Below, piece by piece: positions 27,661-42,400 of a DNA stretch of 64,000 nt; position 1 is the first letter of the stretch, and each line of letters starts with the position of its first letter. The notes below the pieces were generated by a model. The model was not told where the DNA came from and did no database searches. It was given only the letters and a program-made list of their open reading frames with translations. The DNA lies in contig CM060733.1 of assembly GCA_030704615.1 (NCBI GenBank), positions 27,218,001 through 27,282,000 of the forward strand. The letters run 5' to 3'. The translations under genes were made by a program, and so were the position numbers. The stretch comes from Takakia lepidozioides (Eukaryota; Plantae; Bryophyta).

Positions 27661-28339
27661 CATGGGGACAAATTCAACAACAAATGGTTGGCAGAGGCTA
27701 CTGCAGAAGTGCACGATTATATGCAAAGTTTTCTCATACGTGGACAATCTCGTGCAAAAACGGATGCCATAGCTGGAAATTCACTCTCTAATCTACGTGG
27801 AGCTGAAGACAACTCAAAGGAGGAGCTCAATGAGCGAATAAAGAGGAAGCGGCAAAAAAATATGAAGTTGTCATGCAATAAGGAGGGAAAAGTACAAAGG
27901 ACTTAACAGCTAGAAGAGAATGCATTGCCAAATCGTTGTGAAATTCAAAGAAGAGAACATGATTGGTTGATGAGATATTCCCTCCCTATTCCCTCACAAC
28001 ATGCAAGACCATGCTAGCAGCGAATGAACCATAACAGCGATTGATCTAGAGTTTCTCAACTAACTTCTTCATTGTCTCTTGCATGGACATCAATAAAGAT
28101 ATTTTGATGTCCTCATGTGATTTGAAGCTCTCCATCATTTGTTTTCCGCTCTCTGCGACTTCTTCGAAGCAATGCTTAAGAAAATGGTCATTTTTCTTTT
28201 TTTTCTCTACTGATTTTTCACTGCTTTCTTTGCTCTCTGCACTGCCATGGTCACTTTCATATTTGTCTCTTGAGAGCTAGTAGTGGGGTCAAGGCATTGT
28301 GGTCCTTCATGGTGCACTACCGTATGCATGAGAGACCAC

Positions 28340-28600
28340 ATTTGCTCTATCATGCATAGACTCATCTACCAAATCATACTATCGACATTTCTCTGACATA
28401 TTACTCCCAGACGTGATGTTGCATGCCTTATCCTCTTTGTAGTCATTGTAGATGGATCTCCATTTTTTCTGCATGCCTCACTGTCCTTGTTGAACTTTGG
28501 ACAAATACCCACCAACCGGGCATGAAGCCTACTCCAATTGTCAATCCCTACAATCTCCCATATCAAAATTCCACTAATATATTACTGGTACCGGATTTGT
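28340..28600 (-). pseudogene. Harbinger Myb/SANT (trihelix-like) accessory protein remnant
   Basis: NW..LHARL...KDSEACRKK/WRSIYNDYKEDK, convergent with the DDE gene, which is the usual two-gene Harbinger layout. Confidence 0.7.
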
Positions 28601-29516
28601 ATGGGACAAAACAACAATTCCATGTTCTCATCCAAACCCTAGAAAGTAGAGACGAAATAATACACATATAACCGTGTGTTTGAGGACAGATAATTGCACA
28701 AACTATCCATGACATAATTGAAATGCACATTGGGACAGTTCATACGTTCATAGTTCATACTGTAGCCACACAAAGAGATACTACAATTTGTTCTGCTGGT
28801 TATTTCCACGAGTCCAACGCCGTAGCCATGTAGAATCGGTATAAAATTTGAAGGCCTATTAGACAACTTCCACTCTAGTACTTGGTTTTGGGTGTCATTG
28901 GATCTCGCGTAAACACAATAAGCATGATTGTGTTATGGTACAAAATATGCATAGGATTGAACGATTGAACCAAGAAATCCTCTCAGCCTCTCATCTGAAT
29001 TAGTTAAAGGGTTAGGAGATTGAGTCCTACCTTTTCATATCTCACCTTGAAGAGACAAATGAAGTTTATAGCAATTGATGAAATTCCTACCCTTTTCATC
29101 CCCCCATTGAAGAGACAAGTTAAATCTTATCCTGAATTCAGCCCATGGTTCTTTACCTCATTTCTTTCACCAGTTCGACTTTCTCTTAGTATCCATTGAT
29201 TCAAATCGTATGGGTGATTGCAAACTAGAGTGGACCCAAAACGGCAGATCATGAGTATATAAAGAGTACACAAAAGAGGATGTGGTGAATCCTCAAACAT
29301 CGGATTTGGTTCAACTGACAATCTGACCTTTTTGAATGTTAAAACCAAGATTTTCAAATTACGATATCTAATATTAATTCATAAATAATTTTTTGAAATT
29401 TGATCATACTCAACTGTGCATTTATGGTGGATGAATGCGTCTAATGAAAAAAGTTTTGTTATTTCAAAAGAGTTTAATCATAAAGAACTTTATGAAAATA
29501 GCTATTTTTTAGGCTC

Positions 29517-30843
29517 CACTACAAGGAAAATGGGATTTTACTACTGGCCCATTTACTACTCATGTCTCAAACTACTGCATAAACAACTGACCAATGGTTG
29601 TAACTACTGGCCATTTATTAAATTAATTATTATGTCATGGTATAAGTACTCTTAAGATTTGGGTGAGAGTAGTTTCTACTACTCATGGTGACACGTGGAT
29701 TTCACATAATAATAATTATTTAATACAATGCTCATGTGGATATTTACAAGTAGTACAATGTGAGTGATCAAGGACAACACAATGGTATTCAATTTGGGTG
29801 TGAGTAGTTTAAACCACTACTAATACGACGTGGATTTAAATTATTAAATATATATCCACAGTATTATGATGTGGATGTGTGTAGTGGTATAATACTGGTG
29901 GTTAATATTTAATTAGTCATTTTGAATACTAAGATAGTCGTCTTAAGTGCCAAGTGCTGATATCAGATGTATTTAAAATTATAATTACAATTGTGACGTG
30001 GATACGTGCACTAGTATAATATTAATATTCTTTGTGGACTCGGTAGTAGATATGACTAATTAAGTGATAGTGGTTATTCATATGGTTAAAATCTTTATTT
30101 AATAATATTGTCCACAACTGGATAAGTCATACAATATATGGATGGTGGTGTCTACAACTCTGTAAGTATTGAATAACTACTCTACAAGTATTGAGTAACT
30201 ACTGTAGGTCATTCATGCAAGGTTAAACAAATTCAAAAAGTTACTTCTAGGGTTTCACTACAACAGATCCCGGCTTTAACGTCTGCCACATTTACCCAGT
30301 CGTAGCATATATGTCTACAAAATGCAACGGGGTAGTGCTGGTTGCCAAAAATGACCACCACGAGTCATATATGTCACCCAGTACCTCCGCCACATCAGGA
30401 TCTGCGGCCAAACACATTTGACCAGATAGAAGAAGATGGTAGATACGACTACGAGTCATGGCCAAAATTGCAACAGGATGACGTGACATGGGAATGTATG
30501 ACTGCACTAGTATTCACAACTACCACTACAGCAAATGGGGGGTTTTGCGACGCCAGCCGCGCCCCACGCCTCGCGCGGCGCTTTTTTGCAACGCCCCGGC
30601 GTCGCAATCCCCGCTGCAACACCATTACGACGCCCAGCCGTCGTAAGGTGGCATGAAGGGGGAAAGAGGGCCCTCCTGCGACGGATTTTTTTTCTTGCGA
30701 CGCCCTGACGTCGGAAATCCAAACCAAAAAATTAAATAAATAAATAAATAAAAATTGCGACGCCTCGGTGTCGCAAAAGCGTCACTAAGGGCGCCCCAAC
30801 GCCTCTACGACGCCAGGGCGTTGCACTAGCATCACACAGTGGG

Positions 30844-30874
<31 letters not shown>

Positions 30875-31900
30875 GGGCTTTACGGCCTTCAACTTCACAA
30901 AAGCGTCGCTAGGACGCCCAACGTTGCGACGTCAGGGGGTCGCAACGTCGGCACAGGGGGTCGCAATGGTGTTGTGGTCAGCTTAGGTCCACACAATGAC
31001 GTCGCTTGAGGCACCTGGCGGTGGGGGGTACGACAACGGCGACGATGCTGGGGTTGGGTTGGGTTGGGCACTAAGGTCGTGGAGGTTGCAACTCCCCGGC
31101 GTCACAAGAGAGACCCCCTTAGAAGGAACTTGAAGAAACTTGAAGGAAATCTTTATATGTATATATATATATATTTAGATTGTTTTGTGATATATAGATG
31201 TAGCGTAGGTGTGTTGGTTAGTTTGTAGTGTCTAGAAATGTTAACGTGGAGGTCTTAGGTTCAAGTATGCATTGCATGATATATGTAGAACAATGAACAT
31301 ATCGCCATTAGACAAAACTGGAGTCAATGGTCAACAAGTTTTTGAACTTCAAAAATTCAAATTCAAATTTTCCCGCCTAAATTCCAAATGTACCCCCTTA
31401 AATTGTGACGTCCGGGCGTCGCACTTTGCGACCCCCGGACGGTGCTAATTCTGCATTGCAGAGTAGGTTTTTTTTATTTTTTTTCCGACGCTCGAGCGTC
31501 GCAAATCGCGGTTTCGCATATTTGCGACCCCCATTGGTCGCAAATTTGCAACGTTTTTTTGGCGACGGGCTTGCGACGCCCGGGCATCGCAAATTTGGTT
31601 TTTTTTCCCGCCCGAAAAGGGCTATTTTACGATGCCGCGGCCACGGCGTCGAAACCCCCCCCCCCCGAAATTTTCCTGTAGTGTACACGTGGCAATTGTT
31701 GGTTGCCCAATGAATGTCTATGTGGACAAGATAAATAGATGAAATAGAACGTGGATGTGACTGCAAATGATGACGTGTCTACATATCATTGCTCATGTGG
31801 TTGAAATATTGGGTGGTGTATTGGATGCAAGTGCATCTAACGGCTGCAAATGATATGACTTCGAGGGTGACGTCGACTTACTGGTGATTTATTTTAAATT
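29517..31900 (+). mobile_element. Old CACTA-family element hosting a younger CACTA
   Basis: Starts CACTACAAGGAAAA. Repeated ACGTGGAT motifs resume after the nested element. Right end not resolved. Confidence 0.55.
30524..31683. mobile_element. Non-autonomous CACTA element, 1160 bp
   Basis: Termini CACTACAGCAAA and TTTTCCTGTAGTG, 3-bp TSD TAC on both sides, and subterminal GCGACGCC/GGCGTCGC repeats. Confidence 0.9.
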
Positions 31901-32034
31901 GTAAGTGGTTTCAACAACTTCACTACCAACTCCACAATTATATTTTAAATTCATGTAATTTAAAATAGATATTAGTTTTTAAATCGAATATACATTCATT
32001 TTAACTACTCATTTAATGACTATAAATATATATA

Positions 32035-32298
32035 CCGTAGCCTCCTATGCGGTCCGACACTTATTAATTGCAAAAATGAGAAGTTGAAATATCTGAAAAT
32101 TATCAAGCTCAAGTGTTGAAATTTTCAGATTTTATTTTTCATTGTTTTCACATAAAATGTGCTATAGAAACTGAATTTTATGAACATATTATGACTTTGT
32201 TGAAATTGTTGAAATTAAGTTTGGAAATGCCGGACCTCAATTCTTTCAAAAAATAATTATTCCGGCACCAAGGTGCTGAACCGCATAGGAAGCTACAG
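32035..32298. mobile_element. Tc1/mariner-type MITE, 264 bp
   Basis: TIRs CCGTAGCCTCCTATGCGG and CCGCATAGGAAGCTACAG, with TA on both flanks. Confidence 0.8.
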
Positions 32299-32513
32299 TA
32301 TATATAAATATATTAAGCTAAAAATACCTTCACATACTAACATGCACTATGTAATCATTTTATATATTGTTAGGATGCAAAACGTTCAAAAACTTCAAAA
32401 AGTTGGCTTGAATTTAGGGTTGCTAGGTCGCAGAGTGCAGGGCTGCAACTTAGTGTTTTTTTGTCGTCTTCTTAGTGCCAAAGCATCGTGATAACAAGTC
32501 GTGTTTCAATTCT

Positions 32514-33276
32514 CACCTTCTTCTTCGACCTGTTTCAGCCTGTTTTGCCCTCTCATCAGGCTCAGCCCTGAATTTGCGTATTGAATGATGTAAGTTAGCT
32601 CGTTGGGTGGATTTGTGGTGAGGGCACCTTCTTCCTAGACCTATTTCAGCCTGTTTTTCCCTCTCATCAGACTCAGCCCTGAATTTGCATGTTGAATTCT
32701 GTAAGTTGGCTCGTTGCAAAGTGGATCTGTGGTGAGAGCACCTTCTTCTTCGACCTGTCTCAGCTTGTTTTGCCCTCTCATCAGCCTCAGCCCTGACTTT
32801 GGATATTGAAAGATGTAAGTTAGCTCGTTGGGTGGATCTATGGTGAGGGCAGGTCTTTTTCTTGCACCTGTTTCAGCCTGTTTTGCCCTCTCATCAGGCT
32901 CAGCCCTGAATTTGGATATTTAATAATGTAGGTTAGCTGGTTGGGTAGATCTGTGGTGAGGGCACCTTCTTCTTGGACTTGTTTCAGCCTGTTTTGCCCT
33001 CTCATCAGGCTCAACCCTGAATTTGCATATTGAATGATGTAGGTTAGCTCGTTGGGGTGATTTGTGGTGAGGGCACCTTCTTCTTGGACCTATTTCAGCT
33101 TGTTTTGCCCTCTCATCAGGCTCAGCCTTGAATTTGCATATTGAATGATGTAGGTTAGCTCGTTGGGTGGATCTGTGGTGAGGGCACCTTCTTCTTGGAC
33201 TGTTTCAGCCTGTTTTGCCCTATCATCAGGCTCAGCCCTGAATTTGCATATTGAATGATGTAAGTTAGCTCGTTGG
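32514..33276. repeat. Tandem minisatellite, ~7 copies of 111 bp
   Basis: Units start at 32514, 32625, 32739, 32850, 32963, 33074 and 33185. Confidence 0.95.
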
Positions 33277-33344
33277 TGAGAGATTGGTAAGTCCCTACCT
33301 CATGCACCTCCCTATAGTGATATTATATCATCAATCAACTTCTC

Positions 33345-33890
33345 GAGGATGCCCTGGAGAAGGGCAAAGAGGTCCATGGTGACATTGTCAAAGCTGGAAC
33401 TGTACCCAATGTCATTCTGAACTCTACCCTGGTGGACATGTATGCCAAATGTGGGAGCATTGAGGATGCGAAAAGAGTGTTCAACACTATGGCTGAACGA
33501 GATGTGGTGTCGTGGAACGCGATGCTTGCAGGGTATGCACAACAGGAGCGCGGGATGGAGGCCTTGGAGACGTATGAGCAATTGATGGGGGAAGGGGTGA
33601 AGTGCAACCACATCATGTTTGTGTGCGTTTGCAATACTTGTGCAAGCCTGGCAGCCCTGGAAAAAGGAAAAGAGGTGCATGGTGACATCGCCAAAGCTGG
33701 AATTGTACCAGGTATGATTCTGAACAATACCCTCGTGGACATGTATGCCAAATGTGGGTCCATCGAGGATGCAAAGGCAGTGTTTGATAAGATGGCTGAA
33801 CGAGATGTGGTATCATGGAACGCGATGATCGCAAGATTTGCCCAGCAGGGTCACGGGATGGAGGCTTTGGATACCATGAGCAAATGATGG
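33345..33890 (+). pseudogene. PLS-class pentatricopeptide repeat (PPR) gene fragment
   Basis: LEKGKEVHG..., LVDMYAKCGSIEDAK.VF..MAERDVVSWNAM..GYAQ repeated. Truncated at both ends and frameshifted at the 3' end. Confidence 0.9.
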
Positions 33891-35334
33891 GCGAAGGGTA
33901 CCACTGACAATTTGGATGCTGTGATGGATGCATATGTGTGGGAAAAAAAAAACGAACTGATAGAGTGTGGGTCCAAATTCATCCAAGAGGGCCAGATTTC
34001 AAGCACAAGATTACCTATGATTCCCTGTGGATCAATAGCTACAAGAAACCTGCATGGGTAGATGCTCTATTCCGTGGGGCTCAATCTGTCATTGAAGACT
34101 TCCATTACTCACAGGGAACATTATATCATTTTTGTAAAGTGCTAACATTCCTCGAGTAGGGAGGGCGGAGCTCCGCTCTCCCACCACCAACCGCAACTAA
34201 ATCCGGTAGTCATGACTAATATTTAGGGATCTGCCATCTTACCGGTCCTGTAGTCTCATTTTTCTCAATTTTTAGCAATGCCACTACTCTAACCCTTACT
34301 TTCTTCTAGCTACAACAGCCGCCATGGCGCGAGCTCCAGCTCGTTGCGCAGCTACGTAGCTACCTTGCTGCTCTTCTTCCTTCTACCTGCTCAGAAAGAT
34401 CAACCTCTTTTCAAAGCTCCGTTTAAGCTATTTTTCCATAGTTCTCTCCTGTTGTTTTCTTATCCTCTTGTTTTCAATGGCTGTTCACAATCGGCTGTCC
34501 ACCCGTCTGCATGCTCAACCCGGTCCCAGGAGTCCTCTGTGTGCTACGACACCAAGCTACTCAGTTGGGATATCTCCCATCCCCCCTCTCTGTATCAAGC
34601 TTGGAGCCCCGCTTCGATTGATCTCCCTAAGGCGACACATCTTTACCATCGACCAGTTCAGGCTGCCAGCGAGCTCTATAGTGTGTCTTGGAAGACCTCG
34701 GGGCGCCTCACCTTCAGCACCCAATGATGATCTATACTCACAACGGAAAGGTTACTACCGCCCCCACGCACAACATATTCATTATCCCAAGTGGCGATCT
34801 TGAAAGTATGAGGGTTCTCTGCCCTTATGGTTCCTCCAGCGATTGCATGTCGGCAGTTTCACAACCTTTATGTTTGCTATCACTTTCGAATGCGGGGTGA
34901 CTTCTTTCCATTAGGATATCCCCCCTGTGCCTCCGCTTCAATGATCTATAGGACAGCCCGAAGGCAAGCATATAGGACAGAACACTTCAGGGTTACATGG
35001 CATGCCCACGTAGCGGAGAGCGCGCTTAGCCTTCTTGCACGGAGAGTGCCTACCACTTTCTGGCTCACGACAACACCTTGGCGAGCTCGGAGGCTTCACC
35101 CCTATCTCTGGCGCCCTTTTGACCTTCAACCGACGAATCTGACTTCAGAGGCTACCTGCGTGAGGAGTTGGAGCTCTGATCACCGTAGTTCCCTCACCTC
35201 ATACCACTCCAACTAGCTACATGTAGTAATACCCAGGCAACATCCAACCAACAGGTCTTCACTCCTTCTTTGTTATGGGCCCATCCCATTATGGATGTTC
35301 AGGAGCTCCCTATTATAAATGATTCTTAATACCA

Positions 35335-37070
35335 GGAAGCTGGTGGAATTGTACCAACTTCACTCTGAACAATACCCTGGGGACTTGTATGCAAAATGTG
35401 GGTGCATCGAGGATGCACAAGGAATGTTGACACTATGGCTAAACAAGATACGGTGTCGTGGAATGCAAGGCTTGAAGAATCTGCTTGCCGATTTGTTGTA
35501 CCAAATGTCATTTTGCACACTACCCTGGCAGATTTGGACAAGGGCAATGAGGCCATGGCGACATCTACAGAGCTGGATTGTACCAACTGTTACTCTGAAC
35601 AATACCCTGGCGGAATGTATGCAAAATGCGGGTGCATCGTGGATGCAAAGGGAGGTTTGACACTATGGCTGAACGATATATGGTATCGTGGATGTGATGC
35701 TTAAAGATTTTGTTGTAGTTGTACCAAATGTTCACTCTACACACTGCCCTGGCAGACCTGGAAATGGGCAACGAGGTCCATGGAGACATCTTCAGAGCTG
35801 GAATTGTACCAACTGTCATGCTGAATAATACCCTGATGAACATGTATGCAAAATGTGGATGCATCGAGGATGCAAAGGGAAGTTTGACTCTATGGCTGAA
35901 CGTGATTTGGTGTCGTGGAATGCGATGCTGCAGGTGTTGCATTGTAGTTGTACCAAATGTCACTCTACACCCTGCCCTGGCAGATTGGAAAAGGCAAACA
36001 GGTCCATGGAGCATCTTCAGAGCTGAAATTGTACCAACTGTCACTCTGCACAAACCCTGGTGGACATGTATGCAAAAGTGGTGCATTGAGGATGCAAGGG
36101 AGTGTTTGACACTATGGCTGAACGTGATCTGGGTCGTGGAATGCGGTGCCTGCAGGGTTGCTGTGCTGTACCAAATGTCACTGCTACACACTGCCCTGGC
36201 CGATCTGGAAAGGGCAAAGAGGCCCACGGCGACATCTTCAGAGCTGAACCCAATGTCACTCTGAACAATACCCTGGGGGACATGTATACAAAATGTGGGT
36301 GCATCGAGGATGCTAAGGGAGTGTTTGACACTATGGCTGAACGTGATTTGGTGTCGTGGAATGCGATGCCTGCAGGTGGTGCTGTGGTTGTTCCAAATGC
36401 CACTCTACACACTGCCCTGGCAGATCTGGGAAAGGGCAAAGTGGTCCATGGCGACATCTTCAAAGCTGGACTCAGTATGTGTACACTCTTCCAGCCCTAG
36501 GAAAGGACAATGTGTCCATGCGACATAATCAAAGCTGGAATCTCACCTGATATCAGTCTGAAGACTGCCTTGCTAATATGTATGCCATGCTCACCAGCTC
36601 CCTTGGAGGCTCAACCTCTTGTCATGATTCTCATTATGCTTATGGCCCTCTAAGCAAAGATCTTCTTGCTGATTTATCCCTGCCTCTGCACCAGAAGCGG
36701 CAGGCCAAGTTGAATGGCCATGTCAAAGCTGGAATTGTTGTGGAGACCTATGATCAAATGATGGGGGAAGGGTTGCCAGCCCAACCACATCACGTGTGTG
36801 TGCATTTGCCATGCTTGTGCAAGCTGGCAGCCTGGAGAAGCGCAAAGATGTGCATGTTGACATCATCAAGCTGTGGAGTGGTACCAAATGTTGTCTCCAG
36901 CCTCTAACTTGCACATAAGTTGCCAGGTATGTACACGTTCCCTGAATTATCAGGCATGGAGCTTCATGTTGTTATCATCAAAGCTGGCATTATGCAAAAT
37001 GTCAATCTGAAGACTGCCCTCTCTACCATGTATGCCAAATGCGGGAGCTTGAATGATGCCACGCTTAAAT
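35335..37070 (+). pseudogene. Degenerate PPR-derived tandem array (~5 copies of ~230 bp) plus further PPR remnants
   Basis: The unit ATGTATGCAAAATGTGGGTGCATCGAGGATGC...GACACTATGGCTGAACG is repeated with many indels. Confidence 0.85.
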
Positions 37071-39499
37071 GAGCTAGGTTCTTTTGGAGTACAATGAATG
37101 ATTGGATTATGCTGAAATGGATGCGGTACAGTGGCTTTCTTGAACTCACGTCATTGGAGGCCCTTGATAGAATTTCTTACAAATTATGAGCTCAATCACA
37201 GGAAGTTGATGGGGCAGCTACTTGATCGTGGTGTTATATTGAGAGATGGCAAGAACTCAGTTCTACTGTCTCCCATCCTGTTCCATGTATGTCCCTCCCC
37301 AGGTTCTCTTGCTTATGGCCTCTTGCTATGCATAACTGCTGCCTATACAATGCAACCTCCCCTCCTCTGTTTCTGCCCCAGAGACCTATGCCCTAAATGC
37401 TGGCAATGAGGCCCTTTTAAATGCACATAGGCAGGATTATGAACAGCCAGCCACATTACGCAGCCATACAAGCCTTACTGGGATATGACTCGACCAGTCT
37501 TGTACGAGCACATTCTTGCTGAGGTAGGCTCCTGGCGAAATGAACCTGGACAGGTCATGGTTGCATGCCATGCTAGTGCAAAAGACTGTGATATGAGCGG
37601 GGTTTGTGTCATCAAAATCTGCCTCCACATTCGAGACACCATCTCCAGCATTTGTCAAGACCTACCTAAACCCAAGGTTGCAAAAAGGTGGCCCAACTTA
37701 CTGAAGAAGGTCGGGGCCTGCACTGATCGGCCTTTGTCTATGATGAGAGCAAGGATTCAAGCAATGAAGCAGCAGAATAAAGATCAAATATGCCACAGAT
37801 CCGGACTGGGAGAGGTAGTTAGTTTGGAGAAGTGGGAGGGTAATTGCCCTGATCACGGTGCCGGCCATTTATGCCCCTATGTGCTGGATATATCAGCCAA
37901 CACGTGACTACCTACATATAACTCTCCATCATGCACCAACACCGCAAGTCAGACCATCCAGGGAAGTCACCTTAGACGTCTGTGTGCTGCCAACTTTACC
38001 ACCCACTCCTATTGTCGAATGCCACTGTATGTGCTTGATACTTATAACATGAAATCTCAAACTCCACATTTCTATGTTCCAGGAGCCTATACCTCCAATG
38101 CTGACATTATCCTATCGACATCTGATACGACAACTATTGTTGTTTATGCGTTGGTGCAGCTGACCACTTCTACAAATATCCGCCAACAATCACCAATATG
38201 CCTACAACTCTCCAGCTTGCACCAACACCACAAGACATGTCATCCAGGGAAGTGACCTTACATGCTCCAGTTGCTCCCTACACTGCCCCTAACTATAGAT
38301 GTCAACTGTTGTTGTTCGTACTTATAACTGGTCCCATGAAATCTCACACTGCACATCTCTATGTCCCACGAACCTACACCCTCAATGCTGCCATCATCTT
38401 GTCAACTATTGGCTCCCTTTCCCTTCGCCTGAGAGAAAGCTACAACACTGCCATCTACCCTAATTTCTGGTGCATTGTAGGATGTCTGTACTGCAGCCGC
38501 ATGTGGATCACAACCCCGCCAAAATCAATTTCTGTTGCAAGCTGCTAGCCCCCTTCGACTTTGCCGATTGGAGTCCATGCCTACCACCTTGCTCGTGTAC
38601 TTCCCCGACTCGCTGCGCTCCCTCACATGCGCCAACCTACTGCGAAGCCCCGCGGCTCAATTTCGCTGCACCGACCACCTATCAGATCATAGGCTTGTTA
38701 GATATTGAGCTGCTGTTATCACTAGCTTATGTTGTAATTCCTGAGCACCCCCTCTGCTCACATTTATTCTTTTCAATATGCCCAACAAAGTCTTGGCCTC
38801 TCATCATATCACAACGCTATACCCTTACTGGCTTCACTCACAAATCTCCATCTCTCATCCTCCACAACTTCAGACTCATCTTGTATTATATTTTCTTCCA
38901 AATAAGCACCCCAACAAGCTTCTCATCTCATCAAAAAACGCCCCTCAGGTGTCATATATCTGCCTATCTACACCCTCACATTTTCAGCCCCCTACCTCAT
39001 CAATTCTTGTGATATCAAATCAATCACACGGTCTCTCATCACCCCCTCTAGCATCCTATTCCTGACAGCCATTTCTCCTCAACCTTCCCACCCTCTCAGC
39101 TGCCAAGCATCTACCACAATCCAGATTTACCATCACCCAACCCTGCACCACTCCACACTGTACCTCTATCCCACTATCTATATCAAGGCCCGCCGAACTC
39201 ATTCATCCATGGATGTTGGCCACTTATCCTCTTTCCCCCACTCTAGTTTATTATATACTCTCTACCCACCATACACCCATATTAAATTTTTATCCCCATC
39301 ATGAGAGCTCATGTACAACAAACCTCCTTCATGACCCCAGACGAAACCACACAACTAACCCACCGCAATACCTTCCCCCACACACACACAAGCAACTAGC
39401 TCCAGTAGTACCACTATGCTAACACCAACTCTACCCCCCTCATACACTTTCTCACACAACTACCCCAAGCACCACCCACTCACCCCCTCAAAATCCAAC

Positions 39500-42400
39500 T
39501 TATAACCACTGCCCACATGGATGATATCACCAGAGACCCCTTGCATCCAAACATCATCTCAACACCCACCATCCCACTTTAAGTCCTATCTACTTGCCTA
39601 TGAAACGCTTACACTACTTTGCTGCGGCAACATCCCACCAAACCCAGGCCCCTATACCATCACTAGCATCATCAACAAGCTTCCAAAGGATCATAAGACA
39701 GATATGAATTATACTTCCAAACAGACACTATCACGCTCGTGCCTGCATATCAACACCTTAGTGACCACTTCTCTCCCTTTTTCCCTAACCCTCCTACCAA
39801 TAACCGTAAACCCACGCACCCAATTGCCACATTTGGGCTCCCTACTTGCGAACACCCATCCCTAGTCACTGCCACCCATAAACTTAGCACATACCGCTCA
39901 CAACACCTACTACTCTCACTAATCGTTGTCATCTCTCCATCCCCTCAATATGCAATGACTACTTTAGAACCCAACAGACATACACATACGTTTGCTACTA
40001 CACCCAACTGCATGAGCTACCCACACTACTCATAGATACCTAGCACCCCCACACTACCTACCAATCTCCACGAATCCCTTGACCTACTACAAGCCAAAGC
40101 CGGAGTAGTTCACAAGATGCTTGGCGAACACCTAGCGCACCCAACTGCTACCATACACGAGCTAGATACTCTCACCAACAAATTCCCATTCCTTTCCAAA
40201 AATATTCTCACTGCAACCCCGCCGCACCCTTCTCTTTATCAGACATCAAAAAACTTGATAAAAGTATTATCCAGCTAACAAAACGTGTATGTGGTCTACC
40301 AACTAGCACCCCCAACGCCCTCACACAACTACCTACGGACCACTACGGCATTGGTTCGAGCCCATTAATCATCTCATATGCTCGCACATTAGGCACCCAA
40401 TTAAAAGAAGTACTCAACGATCCTAGGTGTCTAGGTATCATTTATCAGGGTCTTCTCAAATACCTTGCATCTAAATACAATGGCCTATACTCACTATCAT
40501 CCTTGCACCCACAAGCATGCCTACACTCCCCCACTACACGCACACTACTCATCCTACGCCACATGAAAATTAGCATACAAACTGATCTGCCTAACTATCC
40601 TAACACCTCATCATCCTTAGAACGCGCATGGCTTACAAGCCCTTCTCTACCACAATTTGACATTTCTTATCCCAAACAAAAGGTCCCCATCCTCACATAT
40701 TTCAAAGAACGACACATCACCACCCTCACCCAACTTACTACTGCCATTGGCCATAGACTTTTAAAACTTAGCGAATTCACTCTTAAATTCTCTCGAGCCA
40801 CGACCAAAACCAATCGCTACCTATATCAACTTCGTACCCTCTTCTGCCATCCCTCGACCGCCTGCACTCTACAATGTGACCTCCCATGCCTCTACTATCC
40901 GCATACGGCTCAAGACTTGCTCCCCCAGTAGCGTTCTACCCCTACTACCTCCATCTACAAAACACTCAAAAATGCATATGCCACCAATACCCATACAGAC
41001 ATAGAATCTGATTTCCCCTCTCAAGTAACTAACACACAACACCCTGAACCTATCCGCCACTTGCATACGCATCCAATCCCTCACCTACAAGGCAAGATTC
41101 CCACACCCCCCTAACCACCGCACCATCCCCCCCATCCTCACCACAATACGACGACAATAACAATGCTTACATCATTAAAGCTATACTAGGAGTTAAAACC
41201 CAAACGTCCATTGATGCCTTTGGAGCCACCTGCATTGATACATACTATCATTGTCAAAGGGTTGGGTACTCTTCCGCAGACAACACATGGCAGATAGAAG
41301 ACGACCTCTTCGGCCTACATGACGATGCGACCCCGAACACAATCTTGCCCCTCCTCACCACCTTCCATAAATAAACCAAACACCAACTATCTAACACACA
41401 TGCACCAACAACACACCACTCCCGCCCAACCTACAGATAAGAAGATAATCAACCACCTTATGCCCCCAACGTGCACATCTGCATATTGAATGTAATCCTG
41501 ACAAAGATGTCAAGCATGATCAACCTCTAATCCACATGGGCCCCCGCCTTTCCAACATTTACACTCAACACGGCTGCTTCATTGGCCTCATCCCCAATAC
41601 AAGACTGACGTGGCTCTGGGAGAAATACTCTACTACTACCTCATCCCACAATCGCTACAACCCCCGAAACAAGACTTTGCTACCAAATTATATTGGCTGG
41701 TTGATCGCTACCTCAAAGACACTCCCCCCAAGAAACCGCGGTCCCTTACTAAATTGGAAACAACCTGTGCGCACCATACTATACCCCAAAGATATTCTCT
41801 CCTTACTTATCAACACATTCCAGCTTACTCACTCATATTACTCCAACCCACTGACATGCCCTATGGCATTGCCCACATTCTCTAGCCCGCACCACAGAGA
41901 CTGTATCTTTGGAGCCACTGGTACTGCCACCCAACACACCTGGGAAGGCCGGGGCCTTGCCCACCCTCCACCTGGTTTTCCTTCTCACGAAGCTCTTCAA
42001 TGGGCAAATTTGTTGCGCACTCCTCTCCTATTGCATCCACAATTCTCATCCTCACACAACAAAACACTCCTAATATCTCTCACCCTCTTCTACAACTCCC
42101 AGAAGGGGTCAATCTACTCGCCACAATTGACCCAAACCAGCTTAAGTATATTCACACCCCTCCTCTTCCCAAATATCTCAAACGGAAGGAACCCACCATA
42201 ACCCTGATTTAACACATCCAAAACCCTCGGCATACAGCCATACCGCCATCTTTCTTTTCTCAGCTCGAACAATTGCTCACCATCACTCATAAAATAAAGG
42301 CCACCATCCATTATCCAACCATCATCTCCCACACCCCTACACCCACCACATTGTCCTGGATCAAAACCAACAAAGCTTGGAACATTGCGACACCACGCCC

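Noticed and set aside
34160-35300. Possible 5' part of another non-LTR element
   Set aside because: The composition is suggestive, but no diagnostic domain is present.
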